Virus record (IMG/VR): IMGVR_UViG_3300033121_002338 | Span: 1-64,000 of that record | Length of the DNA stretch: 64,000 nt | Origin: a virus | Lineage: Duplodnaviria > Caudoviricetes | Direction: 5' to 3' (one strand) | In this document: positions 55,342-64,000 of the stretch, piece by piece | How positions within the stretch are numbered: the stretch's first letter is position 1 | Layout: each line of letters opens with the position of its first letter | Program-made: the position numbers and the translations under genes | Notes under the pieces: generated by a model | Databases searched by the model: none | What the model saw: only the letters and a program-made list of their open reading frames with translations | What the model was told of the DNA's origin: nothing

Positions 55342-58300
55342 ATCTCACCGCGACGGTGAGCACCGGTACCCCCATTGCCCCGTCGCCACAGTCAGAAATC
55401 TACAACGTCGGCGACAAGGACTTCGGCATCAACCGCGATGACCATTTCGCCCTAGACCGCGACTTCCTCAAGAAATACAAGGGCAAGAAGCCAAAATTTG
55501 GCTTCAACGGCCTCGGCGAATTCGTCTTCTACCGCACTTATTCTAGACTCAAAGCGGACGGCAGCAAAGAAACCTTCCTCGACGTCATCAAGCGGGTAGT
55601 CGAGGGCTGCTACGAGATCCAACGCCGCCACTGCAAAAAACTCCATATCCCCTGGGACTATGATAAGGCCCAAGCCAGTGCCCAGGAAATGTTCGTGCGG
55701 ATGTGGGACTTCAAGTTCCTGCCGCCGGGTCGTGGCCTCTGGATGATGGGCACCGAGTTCATGTGGAAGCGGGGCAGTGCCGCCCTCAACAACTGCGGCA
55801 TGTGCTCGACGGACGACGCCGCCGAAGCCGACCCCGCCGAACCGTTCTGCTTCATGATGGACATGTCGATGCTCGGCGTCGGCGTCGGCTTCGACACCAA
55901 GGGGGCCGGCAAGATCCGGATCAACCGCCCCAACCCCGAAATCATCCGCCCGTTCGTCATCCCCGACTCGCGGGAGGGTTGGGTAGACTCCCTCCGCCAC
56001 CTGATTCACTCCTACACCATCAACGCTGCCGCCGGCATCGTCGAATTCGACTACTCCCAGATCCGCCTCCCCGGCTCTGACATCAAGGGTTTTGGCGGCA
56101 AGTCCTCAGGCCCGGACATCCTCAAGGAACTCCACCTGCTTATCCGGGCGCACCTCGAAAGCAAGATCGGCCAACTGCTCGACTCGGTGGATATCACCGA
56201 CCTGATGAACTACATTGGCCGCTGCGTGGTGGCCGGGAACGTTCGCAGATGCCTCCCGGCCGGTACCCTGGTTCACTTGCGACGTGGCCTGGTGCCGATC
56301 GAACAAGTGCAGGTTGGCGACCTGGTGCTGACAGCAGACGGCTACCACCCGGTCGCCGAGAACGTGGCCCAGGGCGTACAGCGGGTCATAACCATCAACA
56401 GCCAGATGGGGCCATTCCGCTGTACCGATCGCCACCGGATCGCAGTAATGACCGGCATCGGCGAGTACGAATGGAAGCGGGCTTATCAGTTGAAGGCCGG
56501 CGACCGGATGGTCTTCGTCGATGCCGCCATCCCCGGCAGCCAGACCGTCCTCCCCGGCTATAGCAACTTGTCCCGCCGGGGGAGCAAACTGATCGTGCCG
56601 GGCCTGACCACCGACGTGGCCTGGTTCATCGGCGCCGTCCACGGTGACGGCTACGTCTGCCCGGGGCGACCACATAAGGGCCGCAAGCACCACGGGGCCG
56701 CGGTGTCCATCCCGGTGAACCGGGACGAGTACCACGACGGGATAACCGCCAAAATCGAGGCCGGGTTCGCCGCCTTCGGCTTCGACAAGCCAAGGGAGCA
56801 ACCCAGCGGCGACAACTGCCGCAAAGTCCGGGTAATCTCTAAGAGGCTAGCCCACTATCTGCACGCTAATTTCAAGAAGGCCCGGACCCCGCTAGGCGTC
56901 CCGGAGTGCATCCGGATGGGAACGCCGGAGACCAGAGGGGCTTATCTGGCCGGTCTGCTCGACACCGACGGCTCGACCAAGAATCAACCGACCACCCTGG
57001 TGGTGAGCGTCTACCGCGATTTCATGCGGCAGGTCCAAGCGGTCTACTCCAGCCTGGGTGTCCCGACCAAGCTCCGTCTCCGCAAGGAAGCAGACGAGGC
57101 CGGGCAGGCTAAGTGGGAGATCGCCTTGGTTGGTGATTTCGCGACCGCCAAGTTCCAGGAACTGGTCCAGCCCTACGCGGTCAAGCAACTCCGGGAGATG
57201 AGTCACGCCAGCGGCCACGATTTCGGCTATCCCGCGGAGTGGATTGACTGCGAGACCGTGGACTACGGCCACTCATGGTCCCCGCAACAAGAGCAGATGA
57301 CCCACAACCGGGCTGTGTTGTGCGGAGCCAGGGTCGGCCACTTGGTGCCAGTAGCCGTCGAGTCGGTGGTGGATGAGGGTGTCGAAGTTCAAACCTACGA
57401 TCTGACCGTACCCGACCGCAGTGAATTTGTGGCCGAAGGGCGGTTGGTGCATAACACCGCGCAAATTGGGTTCGCCGACGCCGACGACACCGCCTACTGC
57501 TCGATGAAAAACCCAACCGCCACCCTGCAGCCGGAGGATCTCCCGGCCTGGCAGGAGGTCACGGACAAGATCTACGCCGAACTGCGAAACTCAGCCACCA
57601 AAACCGACTTTGCCGCCTACGCTATCCCGGACGACCGCCTCCTGCCGGCCATCCGGACCTGGAACGCCTTGAACCACCACCGCTGGGCCTCCAACAACTC
57701 GATCTTCGCCCGCATTGGGATGGATTACACCAAAGTTGGCGACCAGATCGGTGTCAACGGTGAGCCAGGACTATTGTGGCTGGCTAATTGTCAAGACTAT
57801 GGTCGGATGATCGATGGCCACAACCCCGGAGTCGATGGGCGAGTGGTGGGCTCAAACCCGTGTTTCTCTGGCAACATGCGGTTGCTGACGGAACATGGCT
57901 ACGTGTCCATGTATGATCTGTGGGTTGCCGGTGGTATGCAGGAGTATGATGGTCTTGGTACCGATCCGGTCGCCAAATACGGCTCCCAGGCCATCGTCAA
58001 CGATCGTGGGGTGGTGCGGGCGACCAACGTATATCGGACCGGGACTGACGTTGATCTCTATCGTGTCACGATGTCGGATAATTCGTGCGTGGAGGCCACT
58101 GCCAACCACCAGTTCATCGTGCTTGACCGCATTTCGTCGGGCCGCAAGGGCAAGGCCGCCTATGGTGAGCGCCGTTGCCACCTCCGCGATCTGCGAGTCG
58201 GTGACAAGATCACCCTGAACCGTACCAAGCACTTCGGTACGTTCCACGATCCCGCCTACGCGGAACTGGCCGGCTGGTGCATTGGCGATGGTTCTTTGTC

Positions 58301-60971
58301 GCCTAAGAAGGACGGCCAGGTCCGGGCCGAATGTTCCTGTTATAACAGCGACGTAGAAACGGCACTGCCCCGTCTGTCCGGCCTCATGCACGAACTCTAC
58401 GCCGCCCACAACAAGTCCTCGCATCAGGCACCGGCCTACGCCGGCTGGCAACGGGACCAAGAGTGGTTCGACCACACCGAGCAGCGTGTGGGGTCGGCCG
58501 TTCTGGGCCGACTGCTCCGCTCCGACGGGGTCCGGAACGGGGATAAGCACCGAGTGCCACGGTCGGTGTGGTCCGGCACACAGGAGACCGTTGCCGCCTT
58601 CCTGCGCGGGCTGGCCTCCACCGACGGCTACGTTCACATCAGCGACAACGGGACCATCGGTGTGCGGATTAGCCAATCCAACAAGCGGCTGCTCGACGAG
58701 TGCCGCCTACTGCTCAACCAATTCGGGATCGCCAGTACCGTTCACAAGCGTCGAGACGCCCGCAAGTTGATGATGAACGACGGGCGCGGCGGTAAGAAGT
58801 TGTACCAGACGAAGACCGCCTACGAGCTGATCGTGTCCGGGATCAAGCAGACTACGGCGTTCCTGGACCAGATCGGCTTTATCCAGAACGAGAAAATGGC
58901 TCCGGCCAGGGAGTGGCTGTCCAAGCACCGTGGCTCCAATAACTCCGACACTGAGCGATATGTTACCGTTAAATCCGTGGAACCCATCGGCAAGGGGGAC
59001 ACCTACTGCCTGACCGAACCGGGAGATAACCAGGTCGTGGTCGAGGGATACCGCATCGGGCAGTGCGTTGAACAGAGTCTGGAATCATACGAACTCTGCG
59101 TGAGCGGAGACACCAAGCTGCAACTCCGGAACGGCGTCCGCCGAATCGAGGACCTGGTCGGCCGGTCGGTCAAGGTCTGGAACGGCGACAACTGGTCCAC
59201 GGTCACGCCCCGCGTCACCGGTCACAACCGCGAACTCTACCGCGTCCATCTCTCCGACGGCTCCTACCTCGACACCACCAGCAACCACGGCTGGTCCGTC
59301 CGCCCGGCCGGCAAGCGGATCTACCGCCGCGTGGAGACCCAGAACCTCCAGCCGGGCGACCGGGTCCAGGGCTTCTCCCTTGGTGATATCAACGGCCGCC
59401 ATGAGGAGCACGCTTTCGAGATGGGCTACGCCACCGGCGACGGCTACATCGACCAGGGCGGACGCTATGTCATGGCCGTGGCCTGCGGCCCGAAGGCGGA
59501 GTTGAAGGAACTGGCCATGGCCGGCCGCTGGTACAAGCCGCAGATCAAGGAGGGCTACACCGATCCCTACAATCGGATTAACCTGAGCGGCTGCATCTCG
59601 GTGCCACAGATCACCGAACTCCGCAACAAGAAGACCGGCTTGCCCGAGTGGGTGATGTCCCTCGACCGTGAGAGCATCCTGCAGTTCATCGCCGGCTGGA
59701 TCGAGTCGGACGGGTGCGTGTGCAAGCAGGCCAATACCCACGGTTATCGGATCTATGGTCTGGAGGCCAAGATCCGGGACGCCCAGTTGCTCCTGCGGCG
59801 GATCGGCATCAACCACGCCTCCGTCAACTTCTGCCACCCGGCCGGGCAGGTGACGAACAAGGGTGTACGTGAGAATGATCTCTGGTACATCCAGATTCCG
59901 AGCTTCGAGTGCGGTGAGATCCCAACCCGGGTCAAGCGGGCGACCAAGATCGGCAGCCGGGTCCGCCCCAATCCGCGTTACAAGAATCGCGGGATCGACA
60001 TGGCCAAGAAGCAGTACGTGGAACGGGTGGAGAAGCTGGACGGCCTTCATACCACCTACTGCTTCGATGAGCCTGATAACCACATGGGGGTGTTCGGCAA
60101 CGCTATCACCTACCAGTGTAATCTTGTGGAGACTTTCCCTTCCAACCACAGCGACGCCGATGATTATATGCGGACCTTGAAGTTTGCTTACCTTTACGCT
60201 AAGACTGTCACGCTGCTGACCACGCATAATCCACGCACTAACCAGGTTATGCTCAGGAACCGCCGGATTGGACTGTCCCAATCTGGTATCGTGGAGGCAT
60301 TCGCTAAATTCGGCCGGCGGGCCACGCTGCGTGACTTCTGCGATGCCGGCTACAACGAGGTCCGCCGTTGGGACCAGATCTATTCTGATTGGTTGTGCAT
60401 CCCCCGCTCGATCAAGGTCACGTCGGTCAAGCCGTCCGGTACGGTTAGCCTGGTGGTTGGGGTGTCACCGGGCATCCATCACCCGGAGGCTACCACTTAC
60501 TGGCGAACCGTTCGCGTAGCGGCCGACTCGGTTCTGATCAAGATTCTCCGGGAAGCCGGATACCGCATCGAGCCGTCGGTCACAGACAACCGGACCATGG
60601 TGGTCTACTTCGGGGTGATAGGCGAGAATGGGGTGCGGCCGGTTGGCGAGGTCTGCATTTGGGAGCAAATGCAGAACGCTATTGATTATCAGCGGCTGTG
60701 GGCTGACAACCAGGTGTCCTGTACCGTCAAGTTTAAACCCCACGAGACGGCTGACATCGCCAGGGTCCTTGAGACCTATGAGGACCAGCTTAAGGGGATT
60801 AGTTTCTTGCCACACGAGGACCATGGGTATCCACAAGCACCGTATATTCCCTGTGGCCGCTCCGAAGTTGAGACTTATCTGGCCACGCTAAAGAATGCCG
60901 ATTACTCTGATTACCTGTACGAGGCCATTGGGTCGCATGGCTGTGATAATGATAAGTGCATGGTCAGTTAG
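55311..60971 (+). CDS. nrdJ: class II (B12-dependent) ribonucleotide reductase with three inteins
   Basis: GEFVFYRTYSR...FLPPGRGLW...LNNC...GVGVGFD...GNVRR|...ASNNS...GEPG...NP|C.EQSL|...CNLVE...NRRIGLS...TSVKPSGTVS. The start may lie slightly downstream. Confidence 0.95.
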   Translation: MEKIVSVRIVNLTATVSTGTPIAPSPQSEIYNVGDKDFGINRDDHFALDRDFLKKYKGKKPKFGFNGLGEFVFYRTYSRLKADGSKETFLDVIKRVVEGCYEIQRRHCKKLHIPWDYDKAQASAQEMFVRMWDFKFLPPGRGLWMMGTEFMWKRGSAALNNCGMCSTDDAAEADPAEPFCFMMDMSMLGVGVGFDTKGAGKIRINRPNPEIIRPFVIPDSREGWVDSLRHLIHSYTINAAAGIVEFDYSQIRLPGSDIKGFGGKSSGPDILKELHLLIRAHLESKIGQLLDSVDITDLMNYIGRCVVAGNVRRCLPAGTLVHLRRGLVPIEQVQVGDLVLTADGYHPVAENVAQGVQRVITINSQMGPFRCTDRHRIAVMTGIGEYEWKRAYQLKAGDRMVFVDAAIPGSQTVLPGYSNLSRRGSKLIVPGLTTDVAWFIGAVHGDGYVCPGRPHKGRKHHGAAVSIPVNRDEYHDGITAKIEAGFAAFGFDKPREQPSGDNCRKVRVISKRLAHYLHANFKKARTPLGVPECIRMGTPETRGAYLAGLLDTDGSTKNQPTTLVVSVYRDFMRQVQAVYSSLGVPTKLRLRKEADEAGQAKWEIALVGDFATAKFQELVQPYAVKQLREMSHASGHDFGYPAEWIDCETVDYGHSWSPQQEQMTHNRAVLCGARVGHLVPVAVESVVDEGVEVQTYDLTVPDRSEFVAEGRLVHNTAQIGFADADDTAYCSMKNPTATLQPEDLPAWQEVTDKIYAELRNSATKTDFAAYAIPDDRLLPAIRTWNALNHHRWASNNSIFARIGMDYTKVGDQIGVNGEPGLLWLANCQDYGRMIDGHNPGVDGRVVGSNPCFSGNMRLLTEHGYVSMYDLWVAGGMQEYDGLGTDPVAKYGSQAIVNDRGVVRATNVYRTGTDVDLYRVTMSDNSCVEATANHQFIVLDRISSGRKGKAAYGERRCHLRDLRVGDKITLNRTKHFGTFHDPAYAELAGWCIGDGSLSPKKDGQVRAECSCYNSDVETALPRLSGLMHELYAAHNKSSHQAPAYAGWQRDQEWFDHTEQRVGSAVLGRLLRSDGVRNGDKHRVPRSVWSGTQETVAAFLRGLASTDGYVHISDNGTIGVRISQSNKRLLDECRLLLNQFGIASTVHKRRDARKLMMNDGRGGKKLYQTKTAYELIVSGIKQTTAFLDQIGFIQNEKMAPAREWLSKHRGSNNSDTERYVTVKSVEPIGKGDTYCLTEPGDNQVVVEGYRIGQCVEQSLESYELCVSGDTKLQLRNGVRRIEDLVGRSVKVWNGDNWSTVTPRVTGHNRELYRVHLSDGSYLDTTSNHGWSVRPAGKRIYRRVETQNLQPGDRVQGFSLGDINGRHEEHAFEMGYATGDGYIDQGGRYVMAVACGPKAELKELAMAGRWYKPQIKEGYTDPYNRINLSGCISVPQITELRNKKTGLPEWVMSLDRESILQFIAGWIESDGCVCKQANTHGYRIYGLEAKIRDAQLLLRRIGINHASVNFCHPAGQVTNKGVRENDLWYIQIPSFECGEIPTRVKRATKIGSRVRPNPRYKNRGIDMAKKQYVERVEKLDGLHTTYCFDEPDNHMGVFGNAITYQCNLVETFPSNHSDADDYMRTLKFAYLYAKTVTLLTTHNPRTNQVMLRNRRIGLSQSGIVEAFAKFGRRATLRDFCDAGYNEVRRWDQIYSDWLCIPRSIKVTSVKPSGTVSLVVGVSPGIHHPEATTYWRTVRVAADSVLIKILREAGYRIEPSVTDNRTMVVYFGVIGENGVRPVGEVCIWEQMQNAIDYQRLWADNQVSCTVKFKPHETADIARVLETYEDQLKGISFLPHEDHGYPQAPYIPCGRSEVETYLATLKNADYSDYLYEAIGSHGCDNDKCMVS
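56250..57455 (+). mobile_element. intein 1 with LAGLIDADG endonuclease (402 aa)
   Basis: CLPAGT...FIGAVHGDG...YLAGLLDTDG...GRLVHN|T. Confidence 0.9.
57861..59063 (+). mobile_element. intein 2 with LAGLIDADG endonuclease (401 aa), C-terminal Gln
   Basis: CFSGNM...LAGWCIGDG...FLRGLASTDG...YRIGQ|C. Confidence 0.9.
59097..60116 (+). mobile_element. intein 3 with LAGLIDADG endonuclease (340 aa), C-terminal Gln
   Basis: CVSGDT...MGYATGDG...FIAGWIESDG...AITYQ|C. Confidence 0.9.
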
Positions 60972-61015
60972 TAGATAAGGTCCCGCTCGAAGAGAAAGTG
61001 GGTGGTTGCGGCAGC

Positions 61016-61055
61016 AACAGGGCCACAGGACTAATCTCCTGTGGCTCTTGTTGTA
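61016..61055 (+). terminator. probable terminator after nrdJ
   Basis: aacagggccacagga-ctaatc-tcctgtggctcttgtt followed by a T-rich tail. Confidence 0.6.
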
Positions 61056-61068
61056 TTTGAAACCCATC

Positions 61069-62100
61069 ATGGCAAAAGAAAAAGACCCGGTTACACCCGA
61101 ACCAGACACCTCCCTTCACTCTAGCACCACGCTAGGCCGAAACCATAAGGCGGACCAATTTTACGCCAAAGGCGAGGGTGTCTACCTGTCCAAGCATGCC
61201 ATCTATGATCTGGAACGTAATGTCCCGAAGGGCAATGATCACCATCGAGCATTGGTGCCAGAACAGACCATCATCAAGTGGTACCACTCGATCATGGCCC
61301 AGCGGAGTTTAGACGAGCAGGCCGCCGCTCGCCTCGACCAACGCCGCATTGAACATGAGGCCGAGTGTTATCCGGGTACCGACACCGCTGACCCAACCCT
61401 TGGTACTGTTGGTTTTCGAGATAAGCGGAATCAATTTGATTTGGATCGTTCCAGATCCACGATTCAGTTGAGCATGACCACCGGGCACCGTTGGCTTAAT
61501 GGATCTTCAGTCACCCACTCCAATTACATCACGATTCGGGTGGGTGCACCGGATGGGCGTGAGTTGGTTGAGGTGGCCCTGACCTTTGACCAGTTCGCTA
61601 GCTTCCTGGTCTCATCTATGCACACTCCCTGCACCGTTGATACTTATTGGAGTCACAATGAGCAATGCGTGCGGTTAGCGGAAGTGGTTAAACCGCCTGA
61701 GTCCATTCACGATCAGATGGAGCAGCGACTGGGTGATCGAATGGATGAGTTCGACCGCCGCCTCGATGATATCGTTGCCGATATTCAAACCCAGGCGTCC
61801 AGCGGCAAGTCGATGGCCAAGAAGGCGATGGAAAAGATCCTCCATGATCTGTCGATCTGTAAAAGCTATCTACGTTCTAATCGCGACTTCATGGTTAAGC
61901 AGGCCCGTGGAGAGGTTTCTTCGATCGTTGAACAGGCGGCGGCTTCGATTGCCTGGTCGCACAAATTGAGCCAAGAGGAGTTAGTGGCCAACCCAGTGGT
62001 TGCTGCTCTTTTACAATCCTGGGTCAAGGATCGCGCCCTCCGGGCACATAATCCAGAAAGCGATAACGATGTCAGTGCAGATGATCGACTACCCGAATGA
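61069..62100 (+). CDS. hypothetical protein
   Basis: Long ORF; start placed at ATG 61069, after the terminator. Confidence 0.7.
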   Translation: MAKEKDPVTPEPDTSLHSSTTLGRNHKADQFYAKGEGVYLSKHAIYDLERNVPKGNDHHRALVPEQTIIKWYHSIMAQRSLDEQAAARLDQRRIEHEAECYPGTDTADPTLGTVGFRDKRNQFDLDRSRSTIQLSMTTGHRWLNGSSVTHSNYITIRVGAPDGRELVEVALTFDQFASFLVSSMHTPCTVDTYWSHNEQCVRLAEVVKPPESIHDQMEQRLGDRMDEFDRRLDDIVADIQTQASSGKSMAKKAMEKILHDLSICKSYLRSNRDFMVKQARGEVSSIVEQAAASIAWSHKLSQEELVANPVVAALLQSWVKDRALRAHNPESDNDVSADDRLPE

Positions 62101-62320
62101 TAAACCAAGGATCGAGACCGGGGCTGTCCAATTCGGTTCTGATTGGCCCGGTCTGTTCATTAGAGGCGATAATGCCGCCTGGCTGGCATTTGAGGCTCAG
62201 CAGGTTTTGGAATGGTACAATAACCTGCCGGCAGAGCACCGGTGTTTTATGGTGATGTCGATGCTCACCAGTCTCACCTCACTTGGTAGAATCGTTAACC
62301 GGGACGTTATTGTCAAATGA
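62069..62320 (+). CDS. small hypothetical protein
   Basis: RIETGAVQFGSDWPGLFIRGDNA; ATGA coupling with the helicase gene. Confidence 0.6.
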   Translation: MSVQMIDYPNDKPRIETGAVQFGSDWPGLFIRGDNAAWLAFEAQQVLEWYNNLPAEHRCFMVMSMLTSLTSLGRIVNRDVIVK

Positions 62321-63912
62321 TCGCTCGTCTTGAAGACAACCAGTGGATTTACTTGGATAATCTGTCGGTTCGGGAAGAAGAGATTGTCTGGCAGGAATTC
62401 AGTGTCTCTAAACCGGGCATCTACATCGACCCCAACCAAATGGGCACCTGGGATGGTGTCCATCGCAAGTACAACCGGGCCAAGAAACGTATGGCCCGGC
62501 CCCTTCTGTCGAAGTTGCGCGGTGTTTGCACCAAACACAATCTGGCGATAGACATTCGAGACTACCGCCCTGACTGGAATTATCAGCCGCTTTCTGTCGA
62601 TCAAATCAATGCGGATTTCCTACCCGGCATAACCCTGGAACAATATCAGATTGATTGTATTCGCAAAATTGCCTCGGTCGAATGCGGGGTTATAGATGTG
62701 CCCACCGGTGGTGGTAAGGGGGAGCTTATCGCCGGCGCTTGTAAGGCGATCTCCTGCCCTACGATTGTGCTGGCCGACCAGGTGATTGTGGTTAAGCAGC
62801 TTAAGGAGCGGCTGGAACTACGTGACGTTGTGGACGACGTAGGGATCTTCTACGCTGGCAAACGCCCTAACGGCCAGAGCATCGTGGTGGGGTCGATTCA
62901 GTCCTTGACTGCCCCGTCTAAGCCACCGGACATGCCGGTCCGGCGCCACGATGAGACCGACCGCTCTTTCACCAAGAAGCTGGAAACCTGGGATAAGAAG
63001 CTACAGGCTTTTAAGACTCGTCGCCGCAACACCAAGCTCCTGACCGAGTATGTGAAGCGGGCTGAGATGATCATAGTGGATGAGTGTGATAAGTGCACGG
63101 GAGATTCTTGGAAGAACCTGTTTCGGCATCAGTTCCGCGGGCGGCGCCGTTTCGGTTTCAGTGGTACCCCTTTCGACACGAGTAAGCCGGTCGAGGGGAT
63201 GGTGATGCAGGAGCACCTGGGGAGCGTGATCTATAAGGCCTCTAGGGCCGAATTAACTGCCCTGGGTCGGATCATCCCCTGCGAATACTATATGTTGGCC
63301 TATGGGATGGATCGGGGCACGATTGATGAGGCGTCCGCCTACGATATCGCTTACAACGAGCACCTTGTTAATAACGAGCATTTCCACCGTACGGTTGCTA
63401 AGCTTGCCCGTCATGCGAAGAAGGACCCGATGGACGGGGTCCTGGTGCTGGTTGATCGGGAGCCACTTGGCTACAAGCTGGTTGAAGCTTGTACTGCTCA
63501 AAACCTGCGGGTGGCCTTCATATTTGGTAAGACTACCCAGAAAAAACGGGCGGAAATGCTCCGGGCCTTTGAAAGACGCGAATTGGATGTCCTGATTGGT
63601 GGCAAGATCATCAATCGTGGGCTGGACTTGAAGGGCGGCTGTGAGAGCCTGATTGTTGCCTCTGGCGGTAAGTTGGAATCTGAATTTATTCAGAAGATCG
63701 GCCGCGCCCTGCGGCGGAATCGGTTAGGTAAGAGTAAGGTTTATGGTTTCTTTTTCCGTTGCAATCGTTACCTTTACAGACACTCCAAGGCCCACCTCAA
63801 GGCGATGATCAATGCCGAATACCCGACCAAAATTGTGTTCCCCGGAGGGAGCATTACGGGTGAGGAGCTAGTTCAGAGTCAATTCAGAGTCAAACGATCT
63901 CTGTTGGGTTAA
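62317..63912 (+). CDS. uvsW: SF2 DNA helicase (T4 UvsW-like)
   Basis: YQ...VPTGGGKG...IIVDECD...RFGFSGTP...GLDL...IQKIGRALR. Confidence 0.8.
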   Translation: MIARLEDNQWIYLDNLSVREEEIVWQEFSVSKPGIYIDPNQMGTWDGVHRKYNRAKKRMARPLLSKLRGVCTKHNLAIDIRDYRPDWNYQPLSVDQINADFLPGITLEQYQIDCIRKIASVECGVIDVPTGGGKGELIAGACKAISCPTIVLADQVIVVKQLKERLELRDVVDDVGIFYAGKRPNGQSIVVGSIQSLTAPSKPPDMPVRRHDETDRSFTKKLETWDKKLQAFKTRRRNTKLLTEYVKRAEMIIVDECDKCTGDSWKNLFRHQFRGRRRFGFSGTPFDTSKPVEGMVMQEHLGSVIYKASRAELTALGRIIPCEYYMLAYGMDRGTIDEASAYDIAYNEHLVNNEHFHRTVAKLARHAKKDPMDGVLVLVDREPLGYKLVEACTAQNLRVAFIFGKTTQKKRAEMLRAFERRELDVLIGGKIINRGLDLKGGCESLIVASGGKLESEFIQKIGRALRRNRLGKSKVYGFFFRCNRYLYRHSKAHLKAMINAEYPTKIVFPGGSITGEELVQSQFRVKRSLLG

Positions 63913-64000
63913 TGTATCGCTACAATCGATTGGTCTTGTGCGTGGCTGCGTATTCGGCCCATATGTATGGGGGTGAATTGTCTCCAGGGTGCGACTATGA

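Noticed and set aside
55452-60281. Long antisense ORFs within nrdJ (for example 59085..60281)
   Set aside because: Shadow frames with no motifs.
1-64000. Diversity-generating retroelement, integrase/transposase or tRNA genes
   Set aside because: No reverse transcriptase, recombinase, transposase or cloverleaf was recognised. The duplicated gene ends differ at synonymous positions, not specifically at adenines.

Overview
This window is part of a large T4-like contractile-tailed phage genome; the host cannot be determined. It carries neck, tail terminator, sheath, three tube paralogues, tape measure and baseplate genes, plus primase, a UvsW-like helicase, a class II ribonucleotide reductase with three inteins, pyrF, a cupin and an FkbM-like methyltransferase. 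The main feature is a family of seven intact genes and one broken gene that fuse a variable DNA-binding N-terminus, a Vsr/DUF559-like endonuclease and a Mom-like GNAT domain. Several sit head-to-head with, or directly behind, virion or candidate virion genes. Three loci are associated with orphaned duplicate gene ends, two of them synonymously recoded, which suggests a gene-end-replacing homing element. One member has a degenerate repeat-spacer array directly downstream of its stop (7204-7620). The broken member is cut by a canonical-looking CRISPR mini-array (827-927) and split cleanly by a 5,320-bp cassette bounded by sheath and tube gene fragments. Product calls come from motif recognition by eye; no database searches were run.
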